Assembly: GCA_010093815.1 (NCBI GenBank)
Contig: ML996566.1
Source: Pseudovirgaria hyperparasitica
Lineage: Eukaryota
Direction: 5' to 3' (one strand)
DNA length: 64,000 nt
Shown: one piece after another, positions 63,773 through 64,000 of the stretch
Position numbering within the stretch: position 1 is the first letter of the stretch
Layout of the letters: each line of letters opens with the position of its first letter
The notes under the pieces: model-generated
What the model saw: the letters and a program-made list of their open reading frames with translations, nothing else
Databases searched by the model: none
What the model was told of the DNA's origin: nothing
Program-made: the position numbers and the translations under genes

Positions 63773-64000
63773 ATGAATCCTCAACAGATGCCGGCTGCCG
63801 CAGCGAGCAGCTCCGCTGCAACAGCCCCCAAGAGAACGAGACGCCCACGCGCTATCCAGGCTTGTAACTTTTGTCGATCCAAAAAGTACAAATGTGATGG
63901 CGCATGGCCGTGTGCGCCATGCCAGAGTAAATCTCGCATGCTGAACTGACATCCACAATCACCACTGACCACCCATCTCAGAGCATCGCGAAGAATGTGT
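63773..64000 (+). CDS. Zn(II)2Cys6 transcription factor, 5' part (truncated by window end; not in the ORF track)
   Basis: MNPQQ...KRTRRPRAIQACNFCRSKKYKCDGAWPCAPCQ|KHREEC, with intron 63927-63981. Confidence 0.92.

Noticed and set aside
1..64000. tRNA, rRNA, snoRNA or CRISPR arrays
   Set aside because: No cloverleaf, rRNA or repeat-spacer pattern recognised by eye; tRNAscan-SE and Infernal would be needed to exclude small RNAs.

Overview
Gene-dense, intron-containing DNA from a filamentous ascomycete (GT..AG introns, mostly 45-130 nt with CTRAY-type branch sites; the eEF2 sequence looks Dothideomycete-like, which is inference). I reconstructed about 25 spliced genes by hand. From left to right: two tandem nucleotidyltransferase-fold genes next to a RIP-like degraded zone, an MFS transporter, a MATE transporter, a secretory-pathway agmatinase, MGS1, an atypical hydrophobin, an SDR, eEF2, a flavin monooxygenase, an RBM26-like protein, two hypothetical proteins, pyruvate dehydrogenase kinase, cytochrome c (absent from the ORF track), a second SDR, a CCCH-like hypothetical, an MpaB/DUF2236 oxygenase, RRG9, RGP1, an LtrA-like protein, TRP5, an FAD monooxygenase and the start of a Zn2Cys6 transcription factor. 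The top finding concerns the PDK stop codon, which sits in the exact TMV leaky-stop context CAA-TAG-CAA-TTA. It is followed by 81 open codons, then a canonical-looking 92-nt intron whose removal keeps the frame open into a hydrophobic, tail-anchor-like helix. This makes it a candidate programmed-readthrough, membrane-anchored PDK isoform. Other candidates are the NTase gene pair, a TGA-CTAG readthrough context plus a start-stop uORF on the FAD monooxygenase, possible poison micro-exons in an agmatinase intron, an ATG split by an intron, and a CBC:HapX site upstream of cytochrome c. All product names come from motif recognition; no database search was run.
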